Virus record (IMG/VR): IMGVR_UViG_3300025015_000021
Span: 1-64,000 of that record
DNA: 64,000 nucleotides
Source of the DNA: a virus
Reading direction: 5' to 3' (one strand)
The position numbers and the translations under genes are program-made. The notes beneath the pieces are model-generated. The model saw only the letters and a program-made list of their open reading frames with translations. It did not search any database and had not been told where the DNA came from. Of this stretch, positions 30,673-38,947 are shown piece after piece (positions within the stretch are counted from its first letter, which is position 1; the number at the start of each line of letters is the position of its first letter).

Positions 30673-32194
30673 CTTCTTGTCCTTCCATAGCCTTCTTGTC
30701 CTCCGAAGCCTTGGCGAAGGATGATGGCGAAGGAGGAGCTTGCCCTTCATCCTTCTTAATTTTTTTCTTATCTAATTTCCTTTCCTCCTCTAAATTTTCA
30801 TATACTTTTGTAAAAAATTCATCCCATTTTTGTCCAATATTCGTCCAACTATATTGTTGTATCCACTCATGTGCCCTATCGACAATAGGCTTTACTTTTT
30901 CAGGATTATCATAAACCCAGAGAAGCTTTTTTACAGCATCATCCACATTAGTCAAAGGTCTTATTCTCTCATAGTCAGTCGGACCATAAGTCGCCCACTC
31001 CGAAGTAGTTGACAAAGCTTTAAAAGGTATCCCTCTTAATTCCTCTATTTCAATATCCTCAACTTCAATATCTTTACCTACAGAACTTGTACTGAGCAAA
31101 GCCGAAGTATTAAACAATTCGGGAATTGAAGTAATATTAGGAGCCAGGTTTAAGGTTCCAGCCGCCATAGCTTCAGTTATGCAGTTGCCATGGCCTTCGC
31201 CCAAAGTAGTCTGTATCTGAACATCCATAATATTATAAATTTTATTCAAGGCATCAGTCGGATAACCTACATTTTCATTGAAGTTCCCTGGAAATATCCA
31301 ATCTTTTCCAAGCTCAAGATTAAAGTTTCGGGCATACTCACCCAAAGAACCCCATACATCATTCTCTTTAGCATGAACATAAAGCATTGAGTCAGGCCGT
31401 CTCTTCTGAAATTCCTTAAAAATCTTCATAGCTCTTGGTAAGTCTTTTCTCATCTGATTTCTTGCAACAATACCTACTATATAAGTCCTATCCGTGTCAA
31501 TCTTGGCTTTTCTGAAGAATTTTTTCTTAAATTCTTTCTTTTCCTCCTCAGATATTGGGTGAAAGCTTTCCGTATCTGTTCCATGATAAATAACCGAAAG
31601 ATTAAGCTTCAGAGGTTTTTCCAATTTGTTATTGGTTTTTTCAATCTCACTTTTGCCATAGTTTGTGTAAGCCACCGAGTAATCGGGATGACCTATCGCA
31701 TGTGTTATCCAGTTTTCCTTAAGAGAAGAATCAACCGGCCAGTAACTCGCTGTGGTAAACCATGCTTCGGGTGCTAAATCTTTTCTATACAATAATTGTA
31801 AGTCTTTTAAGGCATCCATCATCCCTATCTCAGGGGTTAAAACAGGCTCTTCAAATATAAAAGGATCGTTTAAGGTAAATATAATATCCCAGGGCGGAGT
31901 AAGAAAGTTCCTATCAGCTCCTCTTATTATGTTAATAAATCTTATTCTACCGTAAAAGTCTCCCTGGATGCCTGGAATCATGGCAGGAAGTATGCGATAA
32001 GGGTATTTTTCAGGGTCAGGGTCGAGAAATCCCAAGTCATTCACTCCAAAGATATCAATCTCGTACTTCCCAGTCTTGGCAAGATAATCACACATTGAAA
32101 AAATTATTCTTCCAAAGCCAGTACTGCAACGGGGAGAATCCGAGTGAAAAAGTATTTTTATTTTTTTGGTACTTGATTTTTCTTCCTTGCTCAT
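30653..32194 (-). CDS. GT-B glycosyltransferase (GT4)
   Basis: DSPRCSTGFG, IYHGTD, VARNQMRK, YNIMD..TTLGEGHG..EAMAAG. Confidence 0.9.
   Translation of the reverse strand: MSKEEKSSTKKIKILFHSDSPRCSTGFGRIIFSMCDYLAKTGKYEIDIFGVNDLGFLDPDPEKYPYRILPAMIPGIQGDFYGRIRFINIIRGADRNFLTPPWDIIFTLNDPFIFEEPVLTPEIGMMDALKDLQLLYRKDLAPEAWFTTASYWPVDSSLKENWITHAIGHPDYSVAYTNYGKSEIEKTNNKLEKPLKLNLSVIYHGTDTESFHPISEEEKKEFKKKFFRKAKIDTDRTYIVGIVARNQMRKDLPRAMKIFKEFQKRRPDSMLYVHAKENDVWGSLGEYARNFNLELGKDWIFPGNFNENVGYPTDALNKIYNIMDVQIQTTLGEGHGNCITEAMAAGTLNLAPNITSIPELFNTSALLSTSSVGKDIEVEDIEIEELRGIPFKALSTTSEWATYGPTDYERIRPLTNVDDAVKKLLWVYDNPEKVKPIVDRAHEWIQQYSWTNIGQKWDEFFTKVYENLEEERKLDKKKIKKDEGQAPPSPSSFAKASEDKKAMEGQEDGKPTA
30676..30737. 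repeat. nested pair of family C hairpin elements (inside CDS, SFAKASEDK)
   Basis: CTTGTCCTTCCATAGCCTT[CTTGTCCTCCGAAGCCTTGGCGAAGGATGA]TGGCGAAGGAGGA. Confidence 0.8.
31086..31109. repeat. family A mini-element internal to CDS (TSALLSTS)
   Basis: CTTG-TAC-TGAGCAAAGCCGAA-GTA. Confidence 0.85.
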
Positions 32195-32210
32195 GTATAC
32201 TATCCTAAAG

Positions 32211-33152
32211 ATGCAACCTCATAAACTACAATGCTATTTCTGTAATTCTCTTTTTATCCCACATTATTCTTGGCATAAAAGATTTTGTTCCAAAAATTGT
32301 AGAGAAAAATATTGGGCTAAAAAGAAAAAAGAAAATCACTGGAAACCATTTCATGGTATTTTCAAAAAATGTGAGTATTGTAATACTAAATACAAACCAA
32401 TTAGAGATTCTCAAAAATATTGTTCTGTAAAATGTTCCAATAAAATGCATCCCCCTCCTCCCAATAGACTTATTCCAAAATATTGGACTAATAAAAAATG
32501 GCTTAAACAAAATTATTTCAAACCACAAATTTCTATTTCTCAACTGTCCAAACAAATTGGTTGTAGTCGCATTACTATAGCTAAATGGCTTAAAAGATTG
32601 GAACTGAAATCCCTTCCCAAATCCATTGTCCAAAAAGGAAACAAAAATCCCTTTTATAGAAAAAAACATTCTAAAAAAACTAAGAAAAAACTTAAAGGAC
32701 CTCGACCACATACTGCTGGAGCCAATAACCATAGTTGGACGGGTGGAATGAATAAATGTATTGATTGTGAAAAACAACTTAATGGATATAAAGCTAAAAG
32801 ATGTGAAAAATGTTCGTTTGCATATTATATAGGCAAAAATAATCAAAATTGGAAAGGTGGAAAAGAACCTTATTATGGCCCCGATTGGCAATCTCATCAA
32901 AAACAAGCGAGGAAAAGAGATAACAATACCTGTCAAGATTGTGGACTTTATCAAATTAAACCCAGACTTCATGTTCATCACAAAATTCCTTTTAGATATT
33001 TTAGGCTTGAAAAACATCAAGAAGCCAATAATTTGGCTAATCTGATTACCGTATATGTTCCTTGTCATGGTAAAAGACATAAAATAATTAATTCATTTAA
33101 CTACCAATTTTTGACTGATTTTCCTGAATATCAAAATCTACCAAAATCATAA
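32211..33152 (+). CDS. HNH endonuclease with zinc fingers/NUMOD, inverted relative to the operon
   Basis: RDNNTCQDCG..LHVHHKIP..NLANLITVYVPCH; TTGATT-17-TATACT promoter at 32173-32201; low GC. Confidence 0.85.
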   Translation: MQPHKLQCYFCNSLFIPHYSWHKRFCSKNCREKYWAKKKKENHWKPFHGIFKKCEYCNTKYKPIRDSQKYCSVKCSNKMHPPPPNRLIPKYWTNKKWLKQNYFKPQISISQLSKQIGCSRITIAKWLKRLELKSLPKSIVQKGNKNPFYRKKHSKKTKKKLKGPRPHTAGANNHSWTGGMNKCIDCEKQLNGYKAKRCEKCSFAYYIGKNNQNWKGGKEPYYGPDWQSHQKQARKRDNNTCQDCGLYQIKPRLHVHHKIPFRYFRLEKHQEANNLANLITVYVPCHGKRHKIINSFNYQFLTDFPEYQNLPKS

Positions 33153-33168
33153 TCTTTCTTCTCTTCTT

Positions 33169-33735
33169 TCATTTGCCTAAATTCAATTCCTCTTTTAGTT
33201 TAATTATTTCCCCATTCAATAAAACTCTAAAATACTCTATCACAAAATCTCTTGCTTGTTCATCCTTTTTAATATAAGCCAAAGTAACATGAGGCTTATA
33301 CTCGGTAAAAATATTTATGTGCGGCAAAAGCTCCAATCTTTGTTTTCCTTCTATAAGTTCATCCGTCATTTTAGCAAAAGCAACAATACAATAATAAGGT
33401 TCTTCTTTAATCGGAGATTCAAAAAAGCCAATATCCTCTACTTGAATTGAAGAAACTGCCCAACCCTTTAAAACCTGCCTAACATATTTTGCCCATTTAA
33501 CAGCACTTTTTAACAAACCATAAAGAATTGTAATATGACCAACCTTATTTACCACTAATCCGTCAATCCAAAAATGACTCTTGTCTCTGGCATAGTAAAG
33601 ATATTCTTCATTAACAGGAATATTTTCAAGCGGAACTATATCCAACATTACACAACCAAGTTTATTAATATCAATCTCTAGGTCTTTATAGATATTTTCA
33701 AACATATGAGAATTAAATTGCTTATTTTCTTCCAT
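33169..33735 (-). CDS. 2H phosphoesterase (Acb1/T4 gp57B-like)
   Basis: Two HxT motifs: GHITILYG and YKPHVTLAY. Confidence 0.75.
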   Translation of the reverse strand: MEENKQFNSHMFENIYKDLEIDINKLGCVMLDIVPLENIPVNEEYLYYARDKSHFWIDGLVVNKVGHITILYGLLKSAVKWAKYVRQVLKGWAVSSIQVEDIGFFESPIKEEPYYCIVAFAKMTDELIEGKQRLELLPHINIFTEYKPHVTLAYIKKDEQARDFVIEYFRVLLNGEIIKLKEELNLGK

Positions 33736-33736
33736 A

Positions 33737-34558
33737 TTACCAATCTTTAATTGATTTTTCAGGCTTATTGAAAGGTGTTTTATAAGCAAGTTCTAATACT
33801 TTTTCAGGAGGAACAAACATCTGCCCGTGAAAATCCAACCCCCACTTAGTTATCAAATAATTTCTATTATCCTCATAAGTTCTCTTATTCTGGTCATAAA
33901 GAATCTCATCAACCTTAATTGTCCGTGAGCCATAGTGATAAAACTTAGCCCATTCGGTTTTTCCTGCCTTATTTCCAGAAAGAAGAAGTCTTGTGTGAAA
34001 GTCTGAGTCTTCAAAATACCCAAGCTTCAAGTTCTCATCAATCCACCCCACAGTATCTATGGTTTTCTGGTTTACCATAAAGAAAGAAAAATGAGGATGT
34101 TCACTAAATACATCCTCAAGCGGAGCCTCTGTAAGCGTCTTCCGGTCAAGCCACTCGGAAGCACTCCAAAGAATAAATTCCTGATGTGCATTGGCAAATT
34201 TTACCAAATTATCAATGCATTCAGGATGAAGAATAAGATCATTATTTGCCACAATCACATAATCAGCCTTCTCAAACCCTGCACCGTTCTGGTGCGGGGT
34301 TAATCCTGTCTTAATTCCCAGATTCCAAGCGGCAGGAACCTGGTTCCCTTTCGGGTTATCAATTACTTTAAAACTTTTAACAGATTCATGAAGATTAAAC
34401 TTATCCTGTGCGGGGTAAAATTCCGGTAGGGAATAATTATTTATTAATAAAATATGAAGGTCATGTTCTTCGGATTTTATAGATTCGAGAGTTTGCTTAG
34501 TAAAGTCAAAAAGCACATCCGATGAGTGATAAACAGGTAAGGTTAAAAAAATCCTCAT
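33737..34558 (-). CDS. glycosyltransferase family 2
   Basis: LTLPVY, AAWNLGI, ANNDL, VGWIDEN..YFEDSD. Confidence 0.85.
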   Translation of the reverse strand: MRIFLTLPVYHSSDVLFDFTKQTLESIKSEEHDLHILLINNYSLPEFYPAQDKFNLHESVKSFKVIDNPKGNQVPAAWNLGIKTGLTPHQNGAGFEKADYVIVANNDLILHPECIDNLVKFANAHQEFILWSASEWLDRKTLTEAPLEDVFSEHPHFSFFMVNQKTIDTVGWIDENLKLGYFEDSDFHTRLLLSGNKAGKTEWAKFYHYGSRTIKVDEILYDQNKRTYEDNRNYLITKWGLDFHGQMFVPPEKVLELAYKTPFNKPEKSIKDW

Positions 34559-34620
34559 TTCGATTCCCTCAATATAAACATATAACTACCATAACATAAA
34601 TATTTTCACAAAACAAGAAG

Positions 34621-35322
34621 TTAAATCAAAACCTGCTGTGCTAGTCGTTGCTCTGCTATTTTAATATAAGATTCATTCAGTTCTATCCCAATATAATTTC
34701 TCCCCAATTGTTTTGCTGCAACTGCTGTTGTTCCACTACCCATATAAGGATCCAAAACTAAATCTCCCACATCCGTTGTCGCCAAAATACATCTTATAGG
34801 TAATTCTTCTGGAAAAGGAGCTGGATGTTGATTTTCAGCTTTTTCTGGATTAATTCTCCATACTTCTCCCAAATTAAAATATTCTTTATTAAATTTCGGC
34901 TTATCCTTACATAACCAGAAAATATATTCCGTATTCTGCATAAAGGTAATCGGATTAACATTTGGTGAGCTAGGTCTTTCCCATATAATCAATTGTCTAA
35001 TATATTCTTTTGGAACAAAGTCAGTAGGAAGCATAACCCTAGAATCTTTATAACGTGGCTTATGATTGTAAAAAATACTTCCATTCCTTTTCAAAACTCT
35101 TAATAACTCCTCAATTATTTGTTTTTGACATCTTTGATATTTATCTTCTGGAATATTATCATCAAATTCTCCATATCTAATATTCATATTTTTCCAAGTA
35201 CCATAACTTCTACCCCCCCCCTTATTGTATGGTGGACTAGTTACTACACAATCAACACAACCATCGGGTAAAGTTTTCAAAACTTCCAGACAATCTCCTT
35301 CTATTATAGTATTAAGTTTCAT
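34621..35322 (-). CDS. DNA N6-adenine/N4-cytosine methyltransferase (beta class)
   Basis: IEGDCLE, TSPPY, HPAPFP, LDPYMGSGTT. Confidence 0.93.
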   Translation of the reverse strand: MKLNTIIEGDCLEVLKTLPDGCVDCVVTSPPYNKGGGRSYGTWKNMNIRYGEFDDNIPEDKYQRCQKQIIEELLRVLKRNGSIFYNHKPRYKDSRVMLPTDFVPKEYIRQLIIWERPSSPNVNPITFMQNTEYIFWLCKDKPKFNKEYFNLGEVWRINPEKAENQHPAPFPEELPIRCILATTDVGDLVLDPYMGSGTTAVAAKQLGRNYIGIELNESYIKIAEQRLAQQVLI

Positions 35323-36187
35323 TTTCAATAAATTTCTTCCACCTTTTTCTTTTCTCCTTATACATCTTAAAATAACTATGAGTTTCATTTCCCTGCCAAA
35401 ATGTTTCATTCAGTTCTATCCCTTTAACTTCTCCCTGTAAATTTTTAAATACATTACTCAGTTTACTATGTTCCACTTTAGCATATCCGGTCACCACTGC
35501 CCAGCCTTTTTTATCAAATTCTCTTTTTGCACAAATTCCATTAAAAATATCATCATATCTTACAATTCCTTCCTCTTTAGGAGCAAAATACATATAAGGG
35601 AGGGCTTTTCTTTTAAAAGCAAGGTTCATTCCCGAAATAGGTGCATAAACTCCTTTAGGAATTGGCATTTTATAAAATTCCATAGCTGGATTTCCTCTTT
35701 CAAGCTGTGTTGGTGCTCCGTAATCATAAATTCCTTCCCAAACACCATGACTCAAAACTACTTCAGCCTCTGTTCTTACTCCATAAGGGAAACCTCGAGT
35801 GTATTCGGTTCCTACAGCCATCCAGCTAATAGGAACCCTCATATCTAAAGCCTTTAAATGATCTCCTATCGTATCTCCAATCGGGGTTACATCATCATCA
35901 AGCGTAATAATTGTATCTGTATTTGTCAAAAACTTAGCCACATAGGCAAATCCTAAATTACGGCAGGCAGAAGTATAATTGGAAATTAAATCGGCATCAT
36001 CTCTCATAATGTCTTTTACCGAATAATGCTTCCCCATATGCTCAAGATGGGGATTTTCACCATCCCAAACTACAATAAGCTCTACATTATACTGTTCAAA
36101 TAAATCTGTCCAAGCCTTTTTAAAAAAATTATTGAATTGCTCTGGCCTGATGCTCGGTACCACTACACATATCCTACCCATATTCAT
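35312..36187 (-). CDS. reversibly glycosylated polypeptide (RGP/GT75, UDP-arabinopyranose mutase-like)
   Basis: SACRNLGF, TLDDD, RGFPY, SHGVW..DY.APTQL, IPKG..GMNLAF, RYDDI, HSK.SNVFKNL match the RGP motif order. Confidence 0.8.
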   Translation of the reverse strand: MNMGRICVVVPSIRPEQFNNFFKKAWTDLFEQYNVELIVVWDGENPHLEHMGKHYSVKDIMRDDADLISNYTSACRNLGFAYVAKFLTNTDTIITLDDDVTPIGDTIGDHLKALDMRVPISWMAVGTEYTRGFPYGVRTEAEVVLSHGVWEGIYDYGAPTQLERGNPAMEFYKMPIPKGVYAPISGMNLAFKRKALPYMYFAPKEEGIVRYDDIFNGICAKREFDKKGWAVVTGYAKVEHSKLSNVFKNLQGEVKGIELNETFWQGNETHSYFKMYKEKRKRWKKFIENET

Positions 36188-36354
36188 TTTACTCTCTTAT
36201 TATATTTAGAATATATCTTTATAATTGTTTCCAAACTATAACCCTTAAAGATTGTTCTCAATATTTCTTTTATCTGTGCAATAGAAATTTGTTTCTTTAA
36301 TCCTTCTTTCTTAGTAATTGCAACTGCTATTTTGTTCAAATTTAAAGTCGCCAT
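36184..36354 (-). CDS. small basic protein, HU-like N-terminal helices
   Basis: Manual translation MATLNLNKIAVAITKKEGLKKQISIAQIKEILRTIF... (56 aa). Confidence 0.45.
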   Translation of the reverse strand: MATLNLNKIAVAITKKEGLKKQISIAQIKEILRTIFKGYSLETIIKIYSKYNKRVK

Positions 36355-36355
36355 A

Positions 36356-36937
36356 TTATCTCACCTCCCCCTTCTTAAAAAATTCTTTTACTTTTCCAAT
36401 TACTTCCTTAGTTGCCTGTATATCACTTAAAGCATTATGTGCCTTATGAGAAATGCCAAAATGACTACAAACTGTTGATAATTTATAATTTGCCAAACTT
36501 ATCAAACCCTGCGAATCCATAAAATGTAAAATTGGCAAGGGGTCTATTTTTTTCCAATTCTGCCATGTCCCTAATCCAAACTTATCATTACATTTAAAAA
36601 AGAACTGCTGTAAAAAGTCCAAATCAAAACCCACATTGTATCCTGCCGGATAAAATTTATCATCAGGATCATACTTGTCTACATATTTTCCGAATAAATC
36701 AAGAACCCTTGAATAAATGTCTTTAGGCTCCGGAAAAACTTTAATGCCCTCAAGGGTAAACCCATTCAGGCTTAAAGCACTATCATCTATTTTTTCTAAA
36801 TTAAAAGGTCTGATTTTAAAATCAAAGGTTTCTTTAATTTTTCCACCAATTTCTATTATTCCGGCAAACTGGATAACATCATTTTCCCTAACATCTGTTC
36901 CTGTTGTCTCGGTATCAAGATATAATATTTTTTTCAT
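36356..36937 (-). CDS. DEDDh 3'-5' exonuclease (DnaQ-like)
   Basis: LDTETTG, GYNVGFD, AHNALSD. Confidence 0.92.
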   Translation of the reverse strand: MKKILYLDTETTGTDVRENDVIQFAGIIEIGGKIKETFDFKIRPFNLEKIDDSALSLNGFTLEGIKVFPEPKDIYSRVLDLFGKYVDKYDPDDKFYPAGYNVGFDLDFLQQFFFKCNDKFGLGTWQNWKKIDPLPILHFMDSQGLISLANYKLSTVCSHFGISHKAHNALSDIQATKEVIGKVKEFFKKGEVR

Positions 36938-37608
36938 TCAAATAAAATTTCTGGCCTCCTCGCCTGTATCTCCATCATCTCATGATAATCCGCCGCATTG
37001 AGTCCTCTATGGTTTTTAAGCCCGCAATGGACAATTACAGGCGGGTCGATAGATGCCACAAGTTTTCCCTGTGCTTTAATCATATCGCAAATTAAAGTAT
37101 CCTCCCCTCCATCTTCAGTCCTTTCCGAAACCTCATATCCTTTTATTGCCCGATAATCCTTCTGCCGCAGAAGTAAAGAATATCCCGCCTGCTGTTCACA
37201 AATCAATATCTGACCTTCTCCATTTAAAGGGCAGGTTGAAAAAATCTGATGGTGAGGATGATGTCTTCCTCCTACAACTCCTATATCTGGGAATTTCTGA
37301 AGAATGGAGATTAATTTACTATCCCAATGAGGCTCAAAATATACATCGTCATCGGAAAAATAAACATACTGCTTTCGGGAGCAAAGCTCATATCCTTTTT
37401 TCTTTACCTCGGCAATAGTCACTCTATCCTCAAACCGAAAACTCTTAATGTCTTTCTGTGTAAGAAGAAAATCCCATGTCTTAGATCCTGATGCATCATC
37501 AATCACTACAATTTCCAAAGGATTGTCGGAGTTCTTCCTCAAACTCTCCAAAGTCTGCTTCAAAAGTTTAACCCTGTTTCTGGTAGAAATTATAACTGGT
37601 AAAATCAT
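36934..37608 (-). CDS. glycosyltransferase family 2
   Basis: IISTRNR, VIDDAS, FSDDD, GGED. Confidence 0.88.
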   Translation of the reverse strand: MILPVIISTRNRVKLLKQTLESLRKNSDNPLEIVVIDDASGSKTWDFLLTQKDIKSFRFEDRVTIAEVKKKGYELCSRKQYVYFSDDDVYFEPHWDSKLISILQKFPDIGVVGGRHHPHHQIFSTCPLNGEGQILICEQQAGYSLLLRQKDYRAIKGYEVSERTEDGGEDTLICDMIKAQGKLVASIDPPVIVHCGLKNHRGLNAADYHEMMEIQARRPEILFE

Positions 37609-37623
37609 GCTGAAAGCACCCTT

Positions 37624-37848
37624 TCAGGGTTTTTCTCCCTTTTTAAGCCATTTTTCTATCCAATCCCTAAGTTTTGCCTGGTTTTCCATATCAAGCCCCC
37701 ACATGTATTCAATCTCCTGAGACTGGCAAAATCTCTGAAACTTTTCCAAGATATATTTTGGGGATTTATCCATAATCCCCTTTCCATTTTCCATAAGTAT
37801 GGCAAAAGCCACAATATTTAATAGTTCAACTTCAGTCTGCTTATCCAT
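37624..37848 (-). CDS. hypothetical protein
   Basis: 74 aa ORF. Confidence 0.55.
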   Translation of the reverse strand: MDKQTEVELLNIVAFAILMENGKGIMDKSPKYILEKFQRFCQSQEIEYMWGLDMENQAKLRDWIEKWLKKGEKP

Positions 37849-37871
37849 ACTTCGACTCCGCTCAGTATAAA
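37848..37871. repeat. family A mini-element, reverse orientation, fused to a start codon
   Basis: TAC-TTCGACTCCGCTCA-GTA-TAAA fills the intergenic spacer. Confidence 0.85.
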
Positions 37872-37872
37872 T

Positions 37873-38373
37873 TCATTTAACACACTCAAAAGAAAGTGTC
37901 TTCTGGTTGTGTGTTTCCATTTCCTCAAACTTCTCTACCTTAAATCCCGCTTCCCTAAGATAGTCAATCATAATCTGTCTGCTAAATCCAGTCTTATGAA
38001 ATTCTCCTTCCCTTGATTGGTTACCAAACAATACATCCATGTCCCAGCCTGTCGTCTGATGATTAATCCACCACTGGCAGCACCATTCCAAGTCTGGCAC
38101 TCTAACTATTAGTTTACCTTCAGGTTTTAAAACTCTATACCATTCCTTAAGAGTCGGAACAACTTCAAACTTGCTAAGATGTTCCAATAAATGAGAATTG
38201 AAAATCTCATCAACCTCTCCGTCTTTATAGGGAAGGTCGTGTGCAAAAGCCTTAAGGTCGGCTTCCTCAACGTAAGGGTCAACTCTTATCCAGCTTGCCT
38301 CGCCACTAGGCGGGTCACCCTCCGGTTCATACCACGACTCTTTAATCCCACAACCGATATCTAAACGAATCAC
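37873..38373 (-). CDS. class I SAM methyltransferase (type 11)
   Basis: LDIGCG, SHLLEH, RVLKPEG..VPD; paralog of 9988..10584. Confidence 0.88.
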   Translation of the reverse strand: MIRLDIGCGIKESWYEPEGDPPSGEASWIRVDPYVEEADLKAFAHDLPYKDGEVDEIFNSHLLEHLSKFEVVPTLKEWYRVLKPEGKLIVRVPDLEWCCQWWINHQTTGWDMDVLFGNQSREGEFHKTGFSRQIMIDYLREAGFKVEKFEEMETHNQKTLSFECVK

Positions 38374-38921
38374 CTCTTAATCCCCCAGAAATAAATATCT
38401 CTTAAATCAGATGGGGGCTGGTAACTTATTTCATATTTCTCAAATATCTCATCAGGCTTAAGAAATTCCTTAAGTTCCCCGATTGTAAACCTTTTATAAA
38501 AATTCGCCCACTCTTCATCACCAAAATTAACAGTTAAGGAATCCTCTGGATTTTTGGTTTTAGTTCCGTGTTCTGGCCTATCATGAGTAGTCTGGAAAAA
38601 CATCAGTCCTCCATGCCTCACAAGATTTATCATCTTTTCAAGGGTTTTTTCCCAATAGATGTCATGCTCAAGCTGATTAGTGGATAGGACTACATCAAAA
38701 GAGCCATCAGGCTCGTTATATCTATGAGCAATCGAAACTACATCTACATCCTTATATTCGGCTATGTCTAAACCAATGTATTGACAATCTTCAAACCAAG
38801 GCTTATTTGATCCATTAATATTCGCAGATCCTACATCAAGTACTTTTACATTATTAAAAAACTGAGGAAATCTTTTCTTCAGTTCTGTTTTCCAACTATC
38901 CTGTTCTAAATCGGCAGCCAT
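38370..38921 (-). CDS. class I SAM methyltransferase
   Basis: VLDVGSANING, FDVVLSTNQLEH. Confidence 0.85.
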   Translation of the reverse strand: MAADLEQDSWKTELKKRFPQFFNNVKVLDVGSANINGSNKPWFEDCQYIGLDIAEYKDVDVVSIAHRYNEPDGSFDVVLSTNQLEHDIYWEKTLEKMINLVRHGGLMFFQTTHDRPEHGTKTKNPEDSLTVNFGDEEWANFYKRFTIGELKEFLKPDEIFEKYEISYQPPSDLRDIYFWGIKR

Positions 38922-38944
38922 AGTTCGATTTCACTCACTACAAG
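38921..38944. repeat. family A mini-element, reverse orientation, fused to a start codon
   Basis: TAG-TTCGATTTCACTCA-CTA-CAAG. Confidence 0.8.
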
Positions 38945-38947
38945 TAA

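Noticed and set aside
32226-33080. 284 aa minus-strand ORF
   Set aside because: Antisense shadow of the Lys-rich HNH gene; Phe/Ile-rich with no motifs.
37848-38944. TTCGA motifs as tRNA T-loops
   Set aside because: No cloverleaf or acceptor stem; they belong to the family A element.
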